Origin: an uncultured candidatus Brocadiaceae bacterium
Lineage (GTDB): Bacteria; Planctomycetota; Brocadiia; SM23-32
DNA length: 36,767 bases
Direction: 5' to 3'
Assembly (NCBI GenBank): GCA_964534775.1
Contig: CAZHPE010000004.1
Span: 1 to 36,767, forward strand
The notes under the pieces were generated by a model that worked only from the letters and a program-made list of their open reading frames with translations, made no database searches and had not been told where the DNA came from. The translations under genes and the position numbers were made by a program. Position 1 is the stretch's first letter; each line of letters opens with the position of its first letter. Positions 35,840 through 36,767 of this stretch are shown here, one piece after another.

Positions 35840-36429
35840 TTGGACAAGGAAGAAAGCATCCAGACGATCGGCGATATCCTCGCCGGGCAGGGCGAGCCGA
35901 CGGGTCGGGGCGGCGCCCCCCCGACAGGGTCGCGGTGCAGGAATGGGATGGCCGCCGCCTCCTCTCCACTACCTACGCCGAGCTGCGGCGCGAGGCGGAC
36001 GGCTTTGCCGCGGCGCTTGCTGAGGAGGGCGTCCGCACGCTGGACTACGTGGCCATCCTCATGCCCAACGGCAAGCCCTGGGTGGCGGCCTACATGGCCG
36101 TGCAGCGCCTGGGCGCGCGCGTAAAGAGGTGGACCGGCCTCAACGCCGGCAGGGCGCTCTTCCGCGCGCTGCACAGGCGCGTGTTCGGCGGGATGCAGCT
36201 TCGGTTCTGCATGAGCGGCGGCCCGCACGTAATGGCCGGCTATTACAAGGACCCGGAGGGCACGGAGCGCGTCCTGTGCGAGGACGGCCTGCGCAGCGGG
36301 GCCTTCCGCGAGCTGGCAAAGAGCGGTATGAAAGAGGCCTGCCCGCTGAAGAACGAGTTCCGTTTCGAGACTGCCTATAGCGCCAACCGCGACAGTCTGG
36401 AGCCGCTATGGCTTCGGCTTCAGGACTGA
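35840..36429 (+). pseudogene. Long-chain acyl-CoA synthetase (AMP-binding family) relic: frameshifted and internally collapsed
   Basis: The frame from TTG 35840 reads DKEESIQTIGDILAGQGE.... It shifts in the C7 run 35916-35922 to PDRVAVQEWDGRRLLSTTYAELRREADGFAAALAEEGV...VAILMPNGKPWVAAYMAVQRLGA. It then jumps to LHRRVFGGMQLRFCMSGG, directly to HVMAGYYKDPEGTERVL.EDG, and then to unrelated sequence. It is about 0.6 kb versus about 1.8 kb for intact family members. Confidence 0.6.
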
Positions 36430-36452
36430 GTCACTGGAAGGAGGGGACTGCC

Positions 36453-36767
36453 ATGGCGGATGAGACGTCGCCGCGCGCGGCCGCAGAGAGGAAGACGCTA
36501 GTCGTCTACTATTCGAGGACCGGCAACACGTGCGAGGTCGCCGAGGCCCTTCAAGAGGCACTCGGGTGCGACATAGAAGAGATAATCGACAGGAAGGACA
36601 GGGGCGGGGTCCTTGGGTACGTGGTGGGCGCCATCGAGGCCGCGCTGAAGAAATGCACCGAGGTCGGAGAGGTTAGGATGGACCCGGGCGCCTACGACCT
36701 CGTCGTCATCGGCAGCCCCGTGTGGTCGACGTTGCCGCCGGCGGTCCGCACGTATATCAACCGGTAC
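36453..36767 (+). CDS. Flavodoxin-like protein (3'-partial, runs off window)
   Basis: GGAAGGAGGGG lies upstream of ATG 36453. Motifs are KTLVVYYSRTGNTCEVAEAL...YDLVVIGSPVW. The frame is open to the window end. Confidence 0.7.
   Translation, partial: MADETSPRAAAERKTLVVYYSRTGNTCEVAEALQEALGCDIEEIIDRKDRGGVLGYVVGAIEAALKKCTEVGEVRMDPGAYDLVVIGSPVWSTLPPAVRTYINRY

Noticed and set aside
1-36767. A scan for CRISPR arrays, rRNA, long inverted or direct repeats flanking the AT-richer patches, integrase genes and att-like tRNA fragments.
   Set aside because: None were seen by eye. The patches have no detectable terminal repeats or recombinase genes, so I do not call them genomic islands in the strict sense.

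Overview
High-G+C chromosomal segment from a diderm (Gram-negative-type) bacterium. The phylum cannot be fixed by eye. The BamA/Skp/LpxC-FabZ/LpxA cluster and acidic tails on ribosomal proteins are compatible with PVC-like or related uncultured lineages. I found no rRNA, tRNA or CRISPR array. The backbone is intact housekeeping genes: ftsK, rimO, pgpA, birA, an amidohydrolase, trpE, leuA, an rplY-pth-rpsF-ssb-rplI-dnaB operon, a bamA-skp-lpxC/fabZ-lpxA envelope cluster, a trkA-like gene, galE, two lipoprotein genes, ndk, an ornithine-cyclodeaminase-family gene, priA and a partial flavodoxin-like gene. Between these blocks lie short, visibly AT-richer, gene-poor patches at about 6.5-7.4, 8.7-10.3, 14.05-16.85, 27.8-28.8 and 35.76-36.43 kb. 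They hold almost only decayed or unrecognisable genes: a fragmented DUF2339-like gene, a dead hicBA pair, a SecD-head fragment fused to an IS5/IS1182-type transposase stub, two adjacent frameshifted SAM methyltransferases, and a collapsed acyl-CoA synthetase relic. All three frameshifts I could repair by eye are losses of one base in a G/C homopolymer. The most interesting unexplained structure is at 15.76-16.87 kb. Three near-consensus sigma70 promoters sit within about 900 bp of non-coding or degenerate DNA. Two of them are back-to-back and launch short transcripts ending at hairpin-plus-U tracts, so they are candidate divergent sRNAs; one carries a leaderless 26-codon ORF. A second unexplained unit is a translationally coupled 38-aa membrane peptide plus a 177-aa Trp-rich ORF at 27.87-28.51 kb. 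All family calls rest on motif recognition by eye. No searches were run.
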